DNA of 64,000 nucleotides, from NCBI RefSeq assembly GCF_009914755.1, contig NC_060928.1. One strand, written 5' to 3'. Positions 40,838 to 54,015 of this stretch are shown here, piece by piece; the first letter of the stretch is position 1, and every line of letters begins with the position of its first letter. A program made the position numbers and the translations under genes. The notes beneath the pieces are model-generated. The model did no database searches. It saw nothing but the letters and a program-made list of their open reading frames with translations, and was not told the origin of the DNA. Source of the stretch: the human T2T-CHM13v2.0 reference genome, Homo sapiens.

Positions 40838-43800
40838 AAGAAGAAATCCTAAAAGCAGCAAGAGAAAATAAACAAATAACATACAATGGAGTGCTAATAC
40901 ATCTGGCAGACAACTTTTCAGTGGAAACCATACAGACCAGGAGAGAGTGGAATGACCTATTTAAAGTGCTGAAGGAAAATAACTTTTACCCTAGAATAGT
41001 ATATCTGGCAAGAATATCCTTTAAGCATCAAGGAGAAACAAAGACTTTCCCAGACAAACAAAAGCTAAGAGATTTCATCAACACCAGACCTGTTCTACAG
41101 GAAATGATAAAGGGAATTCTTCAATCTGAGGAAGAAAAGGATGTTAATGAGGAACAAATAATCATTTGAAGGTACAAACTCACAGTAAAGCACACAGAAA
41201 AATACAGAATATTATAAAACTGGAACTGTGGTGTGTAAACAACTATTATCCCAAGTAGAAAGACTAAACAAAAAAAAAATCAAAAATAATAACTACAAAA
41301 ACTTTCAAGACATCAACAATACAATGAGACAAAAGAAAAAAAGTTAAAAAGAGAATGAACAAAGTTAATATAGAGGTTTTATTAGTTTTCATTTTGCTTG
41401 TTTATGTAATCAACGTTAAGTTGTCATCAGTTTAAAATAATAGGTTACAGGACTTTTTACATGAGGCAGAGCGAGATGGTGAAACAGAAAGCTGCATCGA
41501 TCATCCCTCCTGCAAGGACAAGTTAACTATGTACGCAGCAAAAAGCACCTTCATAAAAACCAAAAATCAGGTGAGTACTCACAGTATCTGGTTTAAACTT
41601 CATATCACTGAAAGACCCACTGAAGAGATATTTTTTCTGAAGTCCGGAATTGCTGACACCATCCCTCCCCTTCTCCCAGCAGTGGTGGTGTGGTGTGGAG
41701 AGCCTCTGTGGTTGCTACAGGAGGGAGAACACAACAATTGTGAGGCATAAAACTTGGTGCTGTCCTGTTAGAGCAGAAAGGAAAACCAGACCAAACTCAG
41801 CTGATGTCCACTCAAGGAGGAGACTTTTAAACCAGCCCTAGCCGGGAGGTAATTGCCAGACTCAGAGATCTGAACTTGAGCTTGTAAACTTTGCCACTGA
41901 GGGACAGAGCACTCTGTGCCTCCAAGTAAATTTGAAAGGCAAAGTCTAGGCTATAAGGACTACAACACTTAGGTGAGTCCTAGTGCTGAACTAAGCCCAG
42001 AGAAAGTGGAGTGGGGGCATACGTGACATACTGAGACAACAGCTGGGGCAACCAAGGGAGTGCTGGTATCATTCCTCCTCTAACCCCAGGCTGCACAGCT
42101 TGAGGCTCCAAAAGGGACCGCTTCCTCCTGCTTCAGGTAAAAAGAGGAAAGAGTATGGAGGACTTTGTTTTACATCTAGGACACCAGCTCAGCCATAGCA
42201 GGATAGGGCATTAGTTAGAGTTGTGAGGCTCCCATTCCAGGCCCTGGCACCAAGATGACATTTATATAAACACTCTGGGCCAAAAGGGAGCCTGCTGCCT
42301 TGAAGGAAAGGACTCAGTCTTGGCAGCATTCATCACCTGCTAACTGAAGAGTTCTTTGGCCCTGAACAACCAGCAGCAATAGCCAGGTACTACATCAATG
42401 GCATTGGTTGAGCCTGTGGGACTTACTGGCTTCAGGTAAGACTCAAGACATTACCAGATGTGATGGCTACAAAGCAAAACTCATTCTGTTTGAGAAAAGC
42501 AGAGGGAAAAGTAAATAGGACTCTGTCTTGCTCCTTAGATACCAGCACAGCCACAAGGAGGTAGGGAACCAACAAGGCTTTTAGGATTCCTGATTCTAGG
42601 ACTTGCCTCTTGGACAGCATTTCTGGACCTGCCTTGGGCCAGAGGGGAGTCCACTGCCTTGAAGGATGAATCCTGGGACAGGCAGCATTCACAGCAAGCT
42701 GACTCAAGAGACCGTAGGCCTTAGGGAAACATTGGTGGTAGTCTGGCAGTACTCCTCATGGCCTGGAATGGCAGTGGCTATGGGGCAAGGCTCCCCTGCC
42801 TTTGGAAAGGGGAGGGAAGAGTGGGAAAGGCTGAATTTTGTAGTTTGACTGCCAGCTAAGCTACAATACAATAGAACAGCAGGTAGATGTCTAAGATTTT
42901 TGACTTCTCAGCCCCTGAGTCCAGGATGGCACTTCTAGACCAACCTGAGGGCTGGGGGACCTTGCAACCCTGAAGGAAAGGACACAGGACTGGCTGGTTT
43001 TGCCACTTGCTGAATGTAGAGCCCCAGGGCCTTCAGTGAATATACACAGTACCAAGGCAGTGGTTACAGCAGGTCTTGGGTAAGACCCAGTGCTGTGCTG
43101 GCTTCAGATCTGACCCAGTGCAGTCAGAGTAGTGGTGGTCACAGGGGTGCTTATGTCACTCCACCACCATCTTAAGGTGGCTCCAAAAAGAGGGAGAAAC
43201 TCTGTATGTTTGGGAGACAGTAAGGGAAAATTAAGAGTCTGCCTGGTAATCCAGAGAATTCTCCTGGATCTGGTCCCAGACCACCAATGTTGTACCTCTA
43301 AGATTCTGCAATAACCACAGTGTTACTGGGCTTGGGGCGTCCCCTAAAGCAAATACAGCTTACATCACAGCAGTCAAGTTTTTTCAAATATCTGGAAATC
43401 CTTCCCAAGAAAAATAGCTACAAAAAAGCACAGACAATGAAGACTACAATAAATACCTAACCCCTCAATGCTCAGACATGAAAGAACATATACTAACAAC
43501 AACACCATCCAGCAAAACATGACCTCACTAAATGAAATAATTAAGGCACCAGGAACCAATCCTGAAGAAACAGACATATGTGACACCTCAGACAGAGAAT
43601 TCAAAATAGCCATATTGAGGCAACTCAAAGAAATTCAAGATAACAAAAGGAAGGGATTCAGCATTCTATCAGATAAATTTAACAAGGAGACTGAAATTAC
43701 TAAAACGAATCAAGCAAAAATTCTGGAGCTGAAAAATGCAACTGGCATACTGAAAAATGCATCAGAATCTTTTAATATAAGACTGGATCAAGAAGAAGAA

Positions 43801-43885
43801 AAAATAATGAGCTTGAAGACAAGCCATTTGAAAATACACAGTCAAAGGAGACAAAAGAAAAAAGAATTTTAAAAAGTGAGGCATA

Positions 43886-44162
43886 CTTTGGGAGGCCAAG
43901 GCGGGTGGATCACCTGAGGTTGGGAGCTTGAGACCAGCCTGGTCAACATGGTGAAACCCTGTCTCTACTAAAAATTAAAAAAAAAAAAAGAAAGAAAAAA
44001 TTAGCTGGGTGTGGTAGCATGTGCCTGTAGTCCCAGATACTCAGGAGGCTGAGGCACAACAATAACTTGAACCCAGGAGGCAGAGGTTGCAGTGAGCCTA
44101 GATCACATAACTGCACTCTAGCCTGGATGACAGAGTAAGACTGTGTCTCAAGAAAAAAAAAA
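43886..44162 (+). mobile_element. 5'-truncated AluS
   Basis: Starts at actttgggaggcc. Expanded middle A tract. Degenerate TSD aaaagtgaggcata / aaaagaggctta. Confidence 0.9.
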
Positions 44163-45195
44163 GAGGCTTAACTACAGAAACCAGAAAATAGTTTGAAAAA
44201 GGCAAATCTAAAAGTGATTTGCCTTAAATAGGAGGTAGAAAAAGAGATAGAAGTACTATGTTTACTCAAAAAAATAATAACAGAGAACTACCCAACCTAA
44301 TGAAAGACATCAATATTCAAATGCCAGAAGATTGCAGAACACCAAGCAGATTTAACACAAAGAAGACTACCTCAAGGCATTTAATAATTAAATTCCCAAA
44401 GTTCAAGAATAAAGAAACAATTCTAAAAGCAGCAAGAGAAAAGAAACAAGTAACATGCAATGGAACACCAATACATCTGGCAGCAGACTTTTCAGTGGAA
44501 ACCATACAGAGAAGAAAAGTGTTGAAAGAAATAACTTTTACTCTAGAGTAGTATATCTGGCGAAAATGAACTTCAAACATGAAAGAGAAATAAAGACTTT
44601 CTCAAACAAAAGCTGAGGGATTTCACTAATGACAGGCCTGTCTGAAAAGAAATGTTAAAAAGAGAACTTCAATCAGAAAGAAAAGGACATTAGTGAGCAA
44701 TAAATAATCATCTGAAGATACAAAACTCACTGGTAATAGTAAGTACACAGAAAAACACAGAATATTATACCACAGTAACTGTGGTATATAAACTACTATT
44801 ATCCCAGGTAGATAGACAACTATGAACTAATCAAAAATAATAAACACAATGATGTTTCAAGACATAGTAGTGCAAAAAGATACAAATAGAAACAACAAAA
44901 AAGTTAAAATGTGGGGGAATAAAGTTAAGGTGTAGAGTTTTGTTAGTTTTGTTTTTGCATGCTTGTGTATTTATGCAAGGAGTATTAAGCTGTTATCAGG
45001 TTAAAATAATGGATTGTAATATAGTACTGGCCAGCCTCATGGTAACCTCAAACCAAAAAACATACAATAGAAACACAAAAAAATTAAAAGCAAGAAATTA
45101 AATCATACCACAGAAGAAAATCACCTTCACTGAAAGAGGACAGGGAAAAAAATCTTAAATATCATATGGAACCACAGATTATCCAGAATAGCCAA

Positions 45196-45232
<37 letters not shown>

Positions 45233-45866
45233 AAAAATAACAAAGCTGGAGGAATCACATTACCTGACTTCAAATTATACTGTAGGGTTGTAATAACCCA
45301 AACAGCATGGCACTGCATAAAAACAGACACACAGATCAATGGAACTGAATAGAGAATCCAGAAACAAATCCATACACCTAAAGTGAACTCATCTTTTACA
45401 AAGGTTCCAAGAACAAACACTAGAAAAAAGGCAGTGTCTTCCATAAGTGGTTCTGGAAAAACTGCATATCAATATGTGATAGAATGAAACTAAAGCCCTC
45501 TCTCTCACCATATGCAAAAATCACATGAAAATAGATTAAAGATTTAAACCTGATTTAAGACCACAAACTATGCCACTACTGTAAATAGACATTGGGGAAA
45601 ATCTCCAGGACGTTGGTCTAGGTATTTCTTGAGCAATACCTGACAAGCGCAGACAATCAAAGCAAAAATAGAGAAAGGGGATCACATCAGGTTAAAAAGC
45701 TTCTGCACAGCAAAGGGTGCAATAAAAAAATGAAGAGACAAACCACAGAATCAGAGAAAATATTTGCAAACTACCCCTCTGACAAGGGATCAATAACCAG
45801 CATATATAAGTAGTTCAAACTACTCTATGGGAAAAAGTCTAATAATTATATTAAAAATGTGCAAAA

Positions 45867-45962
45867 GGTCAGGCGCAGTGGCTTACACCTGTAATCCGAG
45901 AGGGTGCCACTGCACTCCAGCCTGGGTAATGGCAGGAGACTCTGTCAAAAAAAAAAAAAAAA
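45867..45962 (+). mobile_element. Internally deleted mini-Alu
   Basis: First ~30 nt of Alu fused to the last ~50 nt plus poly(A). TSD-like gtgcaaaa on both sides. Confidence 0.88.
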
Positions 45963-48900
45963 GTGCAAAAGATTTGAATAGACATGCCTCAGTAGAAGAC
46001 ATAGAAATGGCAAACAAGCACATGAAAAGGTGCTCAACTTTACTGATTACTGGAGAAATGCAAATCAAAACTACAATGAAATATAATCTCACCCCAGTTA
46101 AAATGACTTTTATCCAAAAGACAGGCAATAAAACATACTAGTGAGGATGTGGAGAAAAGGGAACACTTTTACAGTGTTGGTGGAAATGTCAATTAGCACC
46201 ACCTCTATAGAAAACTGTTCAGAAGTTCCCTAAAAAAATGAAAAATTGAACTACTATGTGATCCAGGAATTTCATTGCTGGGTATCTACTCAAAAGAAAG
46301 GAAATCACTATATAGAAGAGGTATCTGTACTCCTATATTTGTTGCAGCACTGTTTATAATAGCTAAGATTTGGAAGCAACCTAAGTGTCCATCAAAAGTT
46401 GAATAAATTTAAAAAACATAGTACATATACACAATGGAGTACAATTCAGCCATAAAAAAGAGTGAAATCCAGTCATTTGCAACAACATGGATAGAACTGG
46501 AGATCATTATGTTAAGTGAAATAAACCAGGTATAAAAAGACAAATGTCACATGTCCTCACTTATTTGTGGGATCTAAAAATTAAACCAATTGAACTGATA
46601 GATATAGACAGTAGAAAGATGGTTACTAGAGGCTTGGAAAGGTAGTGGGGGATTGATGGGGGGGGAAGATGGGGATAGTTAATGGATACAAATAATATTA
46701 ATAGTTTGTAAGAATAAGATCTATTATTTGATAGCATAAAAGGGTGACTGGAGTAAAAAATAATTATACATTGTTAAATAGTGTAATTGAATTATTTGTA
46801 ACTTAAAGGACAAATGCTTGTGGAAATGAATACCCCATTCTCCGTGATGTGCTTATTTTACATTGCACGCCTGTATCAAAACATCTCATGTACTCCATAA
46901 GTATATACACCTACTATGACCCATAAAATTTTAAAACGTTTTTAAAAATTTAAAAAGACTTTGTATGTATTAATTATAGCCAATAAGAGTTACCCAGTTG
47001 TATTGTTCTCTCTTTACAGAAAATAACCTCTTGCTTTTTAAAAATAAGTAAAATAATGACTTATAATATAGTATTTCCAAGCTTCAGGATAACCTCAAAT
47101 TGAAAACATACAACAAATACACAAAACATAAAAAGCACAGAATTAAATCATATCACCAGAGAAAATCACCTTAACTAAAAGGAAGACAAGAAGGAAGAAG
47201 AAGGATAAGACTACAAAACCACTGGAAAACAGAACAAAACAGCAGGAATAAGTCCCTACTTATCAATAATAACATGAAATTGACATGAAGGAAGCTCTCC
47301 AATCAAAACACATTGAGTTGCTGAAAGAATTTTTTAAAAAAATGCAAAATCCCAATGATCTGTTGCCTACAAGCAACATACATCACCTATAAATATACAC
47401 ATATACTGAAAATAAGGGGGTGGAAAAAAATGTTCCATGTTGATGGAAACCAAAAAAGAACAGAAGTCACTATATTTCTATCAGAAAAAAATAGATTTCC
47501 TGACAAAAACTATAAAAAGAGACAAAGAAAATTGTTATGTAATGATAAGGGTGTCAATTCAGCAAGAAGATATAACAATTTTAAATATATATGCACCCAA
47601 CACTGGAGCACCCAGATATATAAAGGAAATATTATTAGAGCTGAAAAGAAAGATAGACCTTAATAAAATAATAGCTGCAGATTTCAACTCCCACTTTCAA
47701 TATTAGACAGAACTTCCAGACAAAAAATTAACAAAGAAGTATCAGATTTAGTCTACATTATAGACCAAATGGATCTAATAGATATTTACAGAACATTTCA
47801 TCCAAGAGCTGAAAAATACACATTCTTTTCCTCAGCACATGGATTATTTTCAAAGATAGACCATATGATAACAAGTCTTAAAACATTCAAAAAATTGAAA
47901 TAATATCAAGCATCTTCTTTGATCACAATGGAATAAAACTAGAAAAATAACAAGAGGAACTTCGGAAACTATACAAACACATGGAAATTAAACAATATGC
48001 TCCTGAATGACCAGTTTGTCCATGAAGAAACTAAGAAAAAATTGAAAAATTTCTTGAAACAAATGATAATGTAAGTACAACATACTAAAACCTATGGAAT
48101 ATGTGAAAGCAGTACTAAGAGGAAAATTATAGCCATAAGTGCCTACATCAAAAAAGAAGAAAAACTTTAAATAAATAACTTGACAGTGCATCTAAAATAA
48201 CTAAAAGAGCAAAAGCAAACCACAGTTAAAACTACTGGAAGATAAATAATTATAAAGGTCTGAGCAGAAATAAATGAATTTGAAGTGAAGAAAAGAATCC
48301 AAAAAATCAGTGTAGCAAAAAAGTTGATTTTTCTGAAAACATAAATAAAATTGACAAAATTTTAGCCAGACTAACAAAAAGAGAGAGAGAGAGAGAGACT
48401 GAAGATCCAAATAAATACAATCACAGATGAAAAAGAAGACATTACAGTTGATACTGCAGAAATTCAAAGGATCATTAGTGGCTACTATGAGCAATTTTAT
48501 GCCAACAAATTGGAAAATCTAGAGGAAATGTATACATTCCTAAAACCTAAAACCTACCAAGATTAAATCATGAAGAAATCCAAAACCTGAACCAACCAAT
48601 AATAAGTAACGAGATCAAAGCTCTAATAAAAAGTCTCCCTCTAAAGAAAAACCTGAGACCCAATGGCTTTCCTGCTGAATTCTACCAAACATTTAAAAAA
48701 GTTACTACCAACCATACTCCAATATCCTGAAAAATAGAGGAGGGGGGAATATTTTCAAACTCATTCTACAAGGCTAATATTACCTTCATATCAAAACCAA
48801 ACAAAGACACATCAAAAAGAGAAAACTACACGCCAATATCTCTGATAAATATTAATGTAAAAAAATACTAGCAAACTGTATTCAACAACACTTTAAAAGA

Positions 48901-49009
48901 TCATTTGTCATGACCAAGTGAGATTTATTGCTGGGATGTAAGGAAGGTTCAACATATGCAAATCAAGCAATGTGATACATTATATAAAGACAGTGAAGGA
49001 CAAAAAATA

Positions 49010-49591
49010 CTTTTAAATTATTTATTATTTATTTATTTAATTCTATTTTTTATTTCAATATTTTTTGGGGGGACAGGTGATGTTTGGCTACATGGATAAG
49101 TTCTTTAATGGTGATTTCTGAGATTTTGGTGCACCCATCACCCGACCAGTGTACACTGTACCAAATGTGAAGTCTTTTATTCCTCACCTCACTTCCACAC
49201 TTACACCTAGTTCCCAAAGTCCATTGTGTCATTCTTATGCCTTTGCATCCTCATAGTTTATTACCACTTATGACTGAGACTATATGATGTTTGGTTTTCC
49301 ATTCCCAAGTTACTTCACTTAGAATAATGATTTTCAATGTCATCTGGGTTGCTGCAAATGCCATTAATTTGTTCCTTTTTCTATGGCTAAGTGGTATCCC
49401 ATGGTATACATATACCACATTTTCTTTATCCACTCATTGATTGATGAGCATTTGGACCGGTTCCATAGTTTTGCAATTGTGAATTGTGCTGCTATGAACA
49501 TTCATGTGCAAGTGCCCTTTTCATATAGTGACTTCTTTTCCTCTGTGTAGATACCCAGTAGTGGGATTGCTGAATCAAATGGTAATAGATC
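49010..49591 (-). mobile_element. 5'-truncated L1PB1-like element, antisense within host ORF2
   Basis: gatttctgagattttggtgcacccatcacccga...cccaaagtccattgtgtcattcttatgcctttgcatcctcatag; T-rich tail on the left. Confidence 0.88.
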
Positions 49592-51880
49592 GCCCGATCA
49601 TTAAAATGAATATATGATCATTTTGAATGATGCTGAAAAAGCATTTGATAAAATTCAACATTCCTTCATAAAAACACCCTCAAAAAACTGGGTTTGGAAG
49701 CAACATACCTCAACATAATAAATAAAAGCCAAACATGACAGACCCATAGCTAATATCATACTGAATGGGGAAAAACTGAAATCCTTTCTTCTAAGATCTG
49801 GAACATGACAAGGATGCCCACTTTCTCCATTGTTATTCAATATAGTACAGGAATTCCTAGCTAGAGCAATCAAACAAGAGGGAAAAAAGTAAAGGGCATC
49901 CCAATTGAAATGGAAGAAGATAAATTATCCTTATTTGCAGATGATATGAGCTTATATTTGGGGAAATGTAAAGACTCCCCCTAAAAACTGCTAGAACTGA
50001 TAAATTCAATAAAGTAGTAGAATAGAATATCAACATACAAAAATTAGTAGCATTTCTATATGACAAGAGTGAACAATCTGAAAAAAAATCAAAAAAGTAA
50101 TGTCATTTACAATAGACAAAAATAAAATTAAATACTTAGGAATTAAATGCTTAGAGAACACAAAAATGTTCATGGATTGAAATAATCATATTGTTAAAAT
50201 GTCTGTACTACCCAAAGAAATCCACAGATTCAACACAATACTTACCAAAATACTGATGACATTCTCCACAGAAATAAGAAAAAAGTCCTAAAATTTATAT
50301 GGAAATACCGAAGACCCAGAATAGCAAAGCTCTGCTGGCAAAAAAGAAGAAACCTGGAGTCAAATTTGAAATTTCAAAAAAGAAATTACCTGACTTCGAA
50401 TTATACTACAGAGTTATAGTAACCAAACAGCATGGTACTGGCATAAAAACAGACACAGAGACCAATGGGGCAGAATAGAGAGCTGAGAAACAAATCCATA
50501 CACCTACATTGAACTCTTTTTAAACAAAGGTGCCAGGAACATACACTGAAGAAAAGACAGTCTCTTGAGTAAATGTTGCTTGAAAACTTGGTAGCCATAT
50601 GTAGAAGAATAAAACTTGACCCCTATCTCCCATTATTTATAAAAATTAAATGAAAATGGATTACAGACTTAAATCCAAGACCTCAAGCTATGAAACTACT
50701 ACAAGAAAACATTGGGAAACTCTCCAGGACATTGTTCTGGGGAAAAATTTCTTGAATAATACCCATAAACACAGGCAACCAAAGCAAAAATGGAAAAAGG
50801 AGATCACATAAAGTTAAAAAGCTTCTTCACAGCAAAGGAAGTAATTAACAAAGTTAAGAATGGCAGAAAATATTTGCAAACTGTCCATCTGACAAGGGAT
50901 TAATAACCAGAACATATAAGGAGCTCAAGCAACTCTATAGGAGAAAATCTAATAATCTTTTTAAAAAAGATTTGAATAGACATTTCTCAAAAGAAGACAT
51001 ATAAATGGCAAACAGACATATGTGAAGGTTCTCAATATCATTGGCATCAGAGAAATGCCAATCAAAACTACAAGAAGGTATCTCATTCCTGTTAAAAATT
51101 TTGTTTAATCCAAAAAATAGGCAATAACAAATGTGGGCAAGGGTGTGGGGAAAAAAGGAATCTTTGCACACTGTTGGTTGGAATGTAAATTAATACAACT
51201 ACTATGGAGAACAGTTTGGAGCTTCCTCAAAAGAACTGGAAATAAAGCTACCATACAATCCACAGTCCCACTGCTGGGTATATACCCTAAAGAAAATCTG
51301 TATATAGAAGAGATGCCTGGACTCCTATATTTGTTGCTGCACTGTTCACAATAGCCAAGATTTGGAAGCAACCTAAACATCCATCAACAGACGATTGGAT
51401 TAAGAACATGTAATACATATATGCAATGAAATACTATATAGTCATAAAAAATGTGATCGTGTCATTTGCAACAGCATGGATAAAACTGGAGATCATTATG
51501 TTAGGTAAAATTAGATGTAGAAAGACAAACTTTGAATGTTCTTACTTATTTGTGGTGCCAAAAATCAAAATAATTGAACTCATGGAGATCAAGAGTAGAA
51601 AGATGGTTATCACAGGCTGGGAAGGGTAATGAGGGTGTGAAGGGAAAGTGGAGATGGTTAATGGGTACAAATATTATATATATACTTAGAAAGGATAAAT
51701 AAGACCTAGTGTTTGAACATGGTGACTATAGTCAACAGTAATTTAATTGTATATTTAAAAATTACTAAAAGAGTATAATTGGACTGTAACTCAAAGGATA
51801 AATGCTTGAGAAGACAGATACCCTATTTTCCATCATATGATTATTGTTTATTGCATGTCTATATAAAAACATCACATGTA

Positions 51881-52184
51881 GGCTGGGCACGGTGGCTCAC
51901 GCCTGTAATCCCAGCACTTTGGGAGGCCAATGCGGGTGGATCATGAGGTCAGGAGATCGAGACCATCCTGGTTAACACAGTGAAACCCCATCTCTACTAA
52001 GAAAACAGAAAAATTAGCTGGGCATGGTGGCAGGCACCTGTAGTCCCAACTACTCAGGAGGCTGAGGCAGGAGAATGGCATGAACCCAGGAGGTGGAGCT
52101 TGCAGTGAGCCAAGATCGTGCCACTGCATTCCAGCCTGGGTGACAGAGCAAGACTCCATCTCAAAACAGAAACAAAAACAAAAA
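51881..52184 (+). mobile_element. AluY (older, CpG-decayed)
   Basis: gagatcgagaccatcctgg, gagaatggcatgaaccc, ggagcttgcagtgagc. TSD catcacatgta / catctcatgta. Confidence 0.93.
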
Positions 52185-53997
52185 TCATCTCATGTACCGC
52201 ACAAATATATACACCTACTATATACCCACACAATTTTTAAAAAATAGAATAAATAAATATTTTTATAGAGAACATAGAGCTTTAAGTGCAGTGGACCAGA
52301 AATCCAGAGTTCCTAGAAAAAAAGATGCATTGACTATGCATTGAAATCTCTGAAACAAATACATGAAGAGAATTAAAAAATAGTACAAAGGAGTTTATTT
52401 TTTAAAAATTTAAAAAATGCCCCCTTCCAACCATCCTTAAACACTTTCCCATCCACAATACTTCACCAGAGGCAGGACTGTATATGTACACATACATGTT
52501 TATGTGCGTGTATGTGTGTATTTATGAGTATGTGTGTATAAGTGTGTATTGTCATTTAGAGAACCTAGGTGAAGAGTACACATAAAATAACACATAAAAT
52601 AACATTTCTTACTGCTGTATTTTTTTCTTTTAGGTTTACATTCACACTGCTATATAATATACTCATTCCAAACATCTCTTGATTTAATTTTGAAACCTGT
52701 TACTCTACTTTTTGTTGTTGTTTTTGTTGTTGTAGGTGCAGAAGCTTCCATATTCCGTATGTTTTTCAGAGGGTATATAGAATAACAGTAAGAAATAAGA
52801 GGGAAGTGTTGGAAATACCATATTCAGCTATTGCTAGAGAAATTATTCAAAATGATCCTCATACCAACTTAACTAAGGTTGATAACAAATGAAACATTAG
52901 TAATAGCTGCAGAAAATTAGGCAAATAACCTGCATGTTTGGAGCCTCATGATTTTTTTTAATTTAATAATGAAGGTTTTAATGTCTGATGGCTCTAACAG
53001 AGGGTTTTTATATCAGATGGGTGTTCAAATACATGGATTTAAGTCCTTTCTAAATAACAATAAAAATGAATGCTAAGTAATTTAATGAGAAAAAGAATTA
53101 AGAAAAAATAATATTAACAATATTAATCTTCCCAAAGTGCCTGAGAATCTAAAGAAACATTCAGTTATTGAATAATGGAGAGAGGAAAGATTTAATATAC
53201 TGTAATAAGAATGGGGAGGATGAAAGTAAGCTGAATATTTTCTGCTGTCTGATGCCTGTTCATGAGGCTACCTGTATCTCAGATGGGGATCAAGTACTTT
53301 CAAACTGATTCAAACATTTTAATTGTATCCAGCCTTCTGATAATTTTTACTTTGCCAGAGACTCACAATACTATAGGATGAAACTTAAGCAATGATTACA
53401 AGCATGAACTCACCATTAGACTAGATCTGGGTGAAAAATCCTAGATCTTCTCATCTTGTGTGAGTGACACTTACTTAAAGCTGAAAAAGGGGAAACCCCT
53501 TTTGGGTCCCCTCCCATTTTATGGGAGCTCTGTTTTCACTCTATTAAATCTTGCAACTGCACACTCTTCTGGTTCGTGTTTGTTACGGCTCAAGCTGAGC
53601 TTTCGCTCACTGTTCACCACTGCTGTTGCAACCCTTGCAGACCCGCCACTGACTTCTACCCCTCTGAATCTGGCAAGGTGTCCACTGTGCTCCTGATCCA
53701 GTGAGGTGCCTATTGCCGCTCCTGATCAGGCTAAAGGCTCACCATTGTTCCTGCATGGCTAAGTGTCCAGGTTCATCCTAATTGAGCTGAACACTAGTCG
53801 CTGGGTTCCACAGTTCTCTTCCATGAACCACGGCTTCTAATAGAGCTATAACACTCACCACATGGCCCAAGATTTAATTCCTTGGAATCTGTGAGGCCAA
53901 GAACCCCAGATCAGAGAACAAGAGGCTTACCACCACCTTGGAAGCAGTCTGCCACCATCTTGGGAGCTCTGGGAGCAAGGACCCCCCTGTAACATTT

Positions 53998-54015
53998 TGG
54001 TGACCATGAAGGGAC
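53998..54015 (+). promoter_or_regulatory. Retroviral primer-binding site (tRNA-Arg-like after CpG decay)
   Basis: tggtgaccatgaagggac, 3 nt after the U5 end (...gtaaca). Confidence 0.75.

Larger units (their letters stand above)
41463..46954 (+). mobile_element. Nested L1 (L1MA1-like) with complete 5'UTR, ORF1 remnant, large ORF2 deletion and 3' end
   Basis: 5' end homologous to 37681. ORF1 remnants at 43468-43872 and 44258-44551. Jump from the inter-ORF spacer into late ORF2 near 45143. 3' end ccccattctccgtgatgtgcttatt...cacctactatgacccat. Confidence 0.9.

Noticed and set aside
52620-52795. Plus-strand acceptor-like sites (ttttag, gttgtag) and a gtaaga donor
   Set aside because: They lie in T-rich antisense L1-like or simple-repeat DNA where such motifs are common, with no supporting frame.
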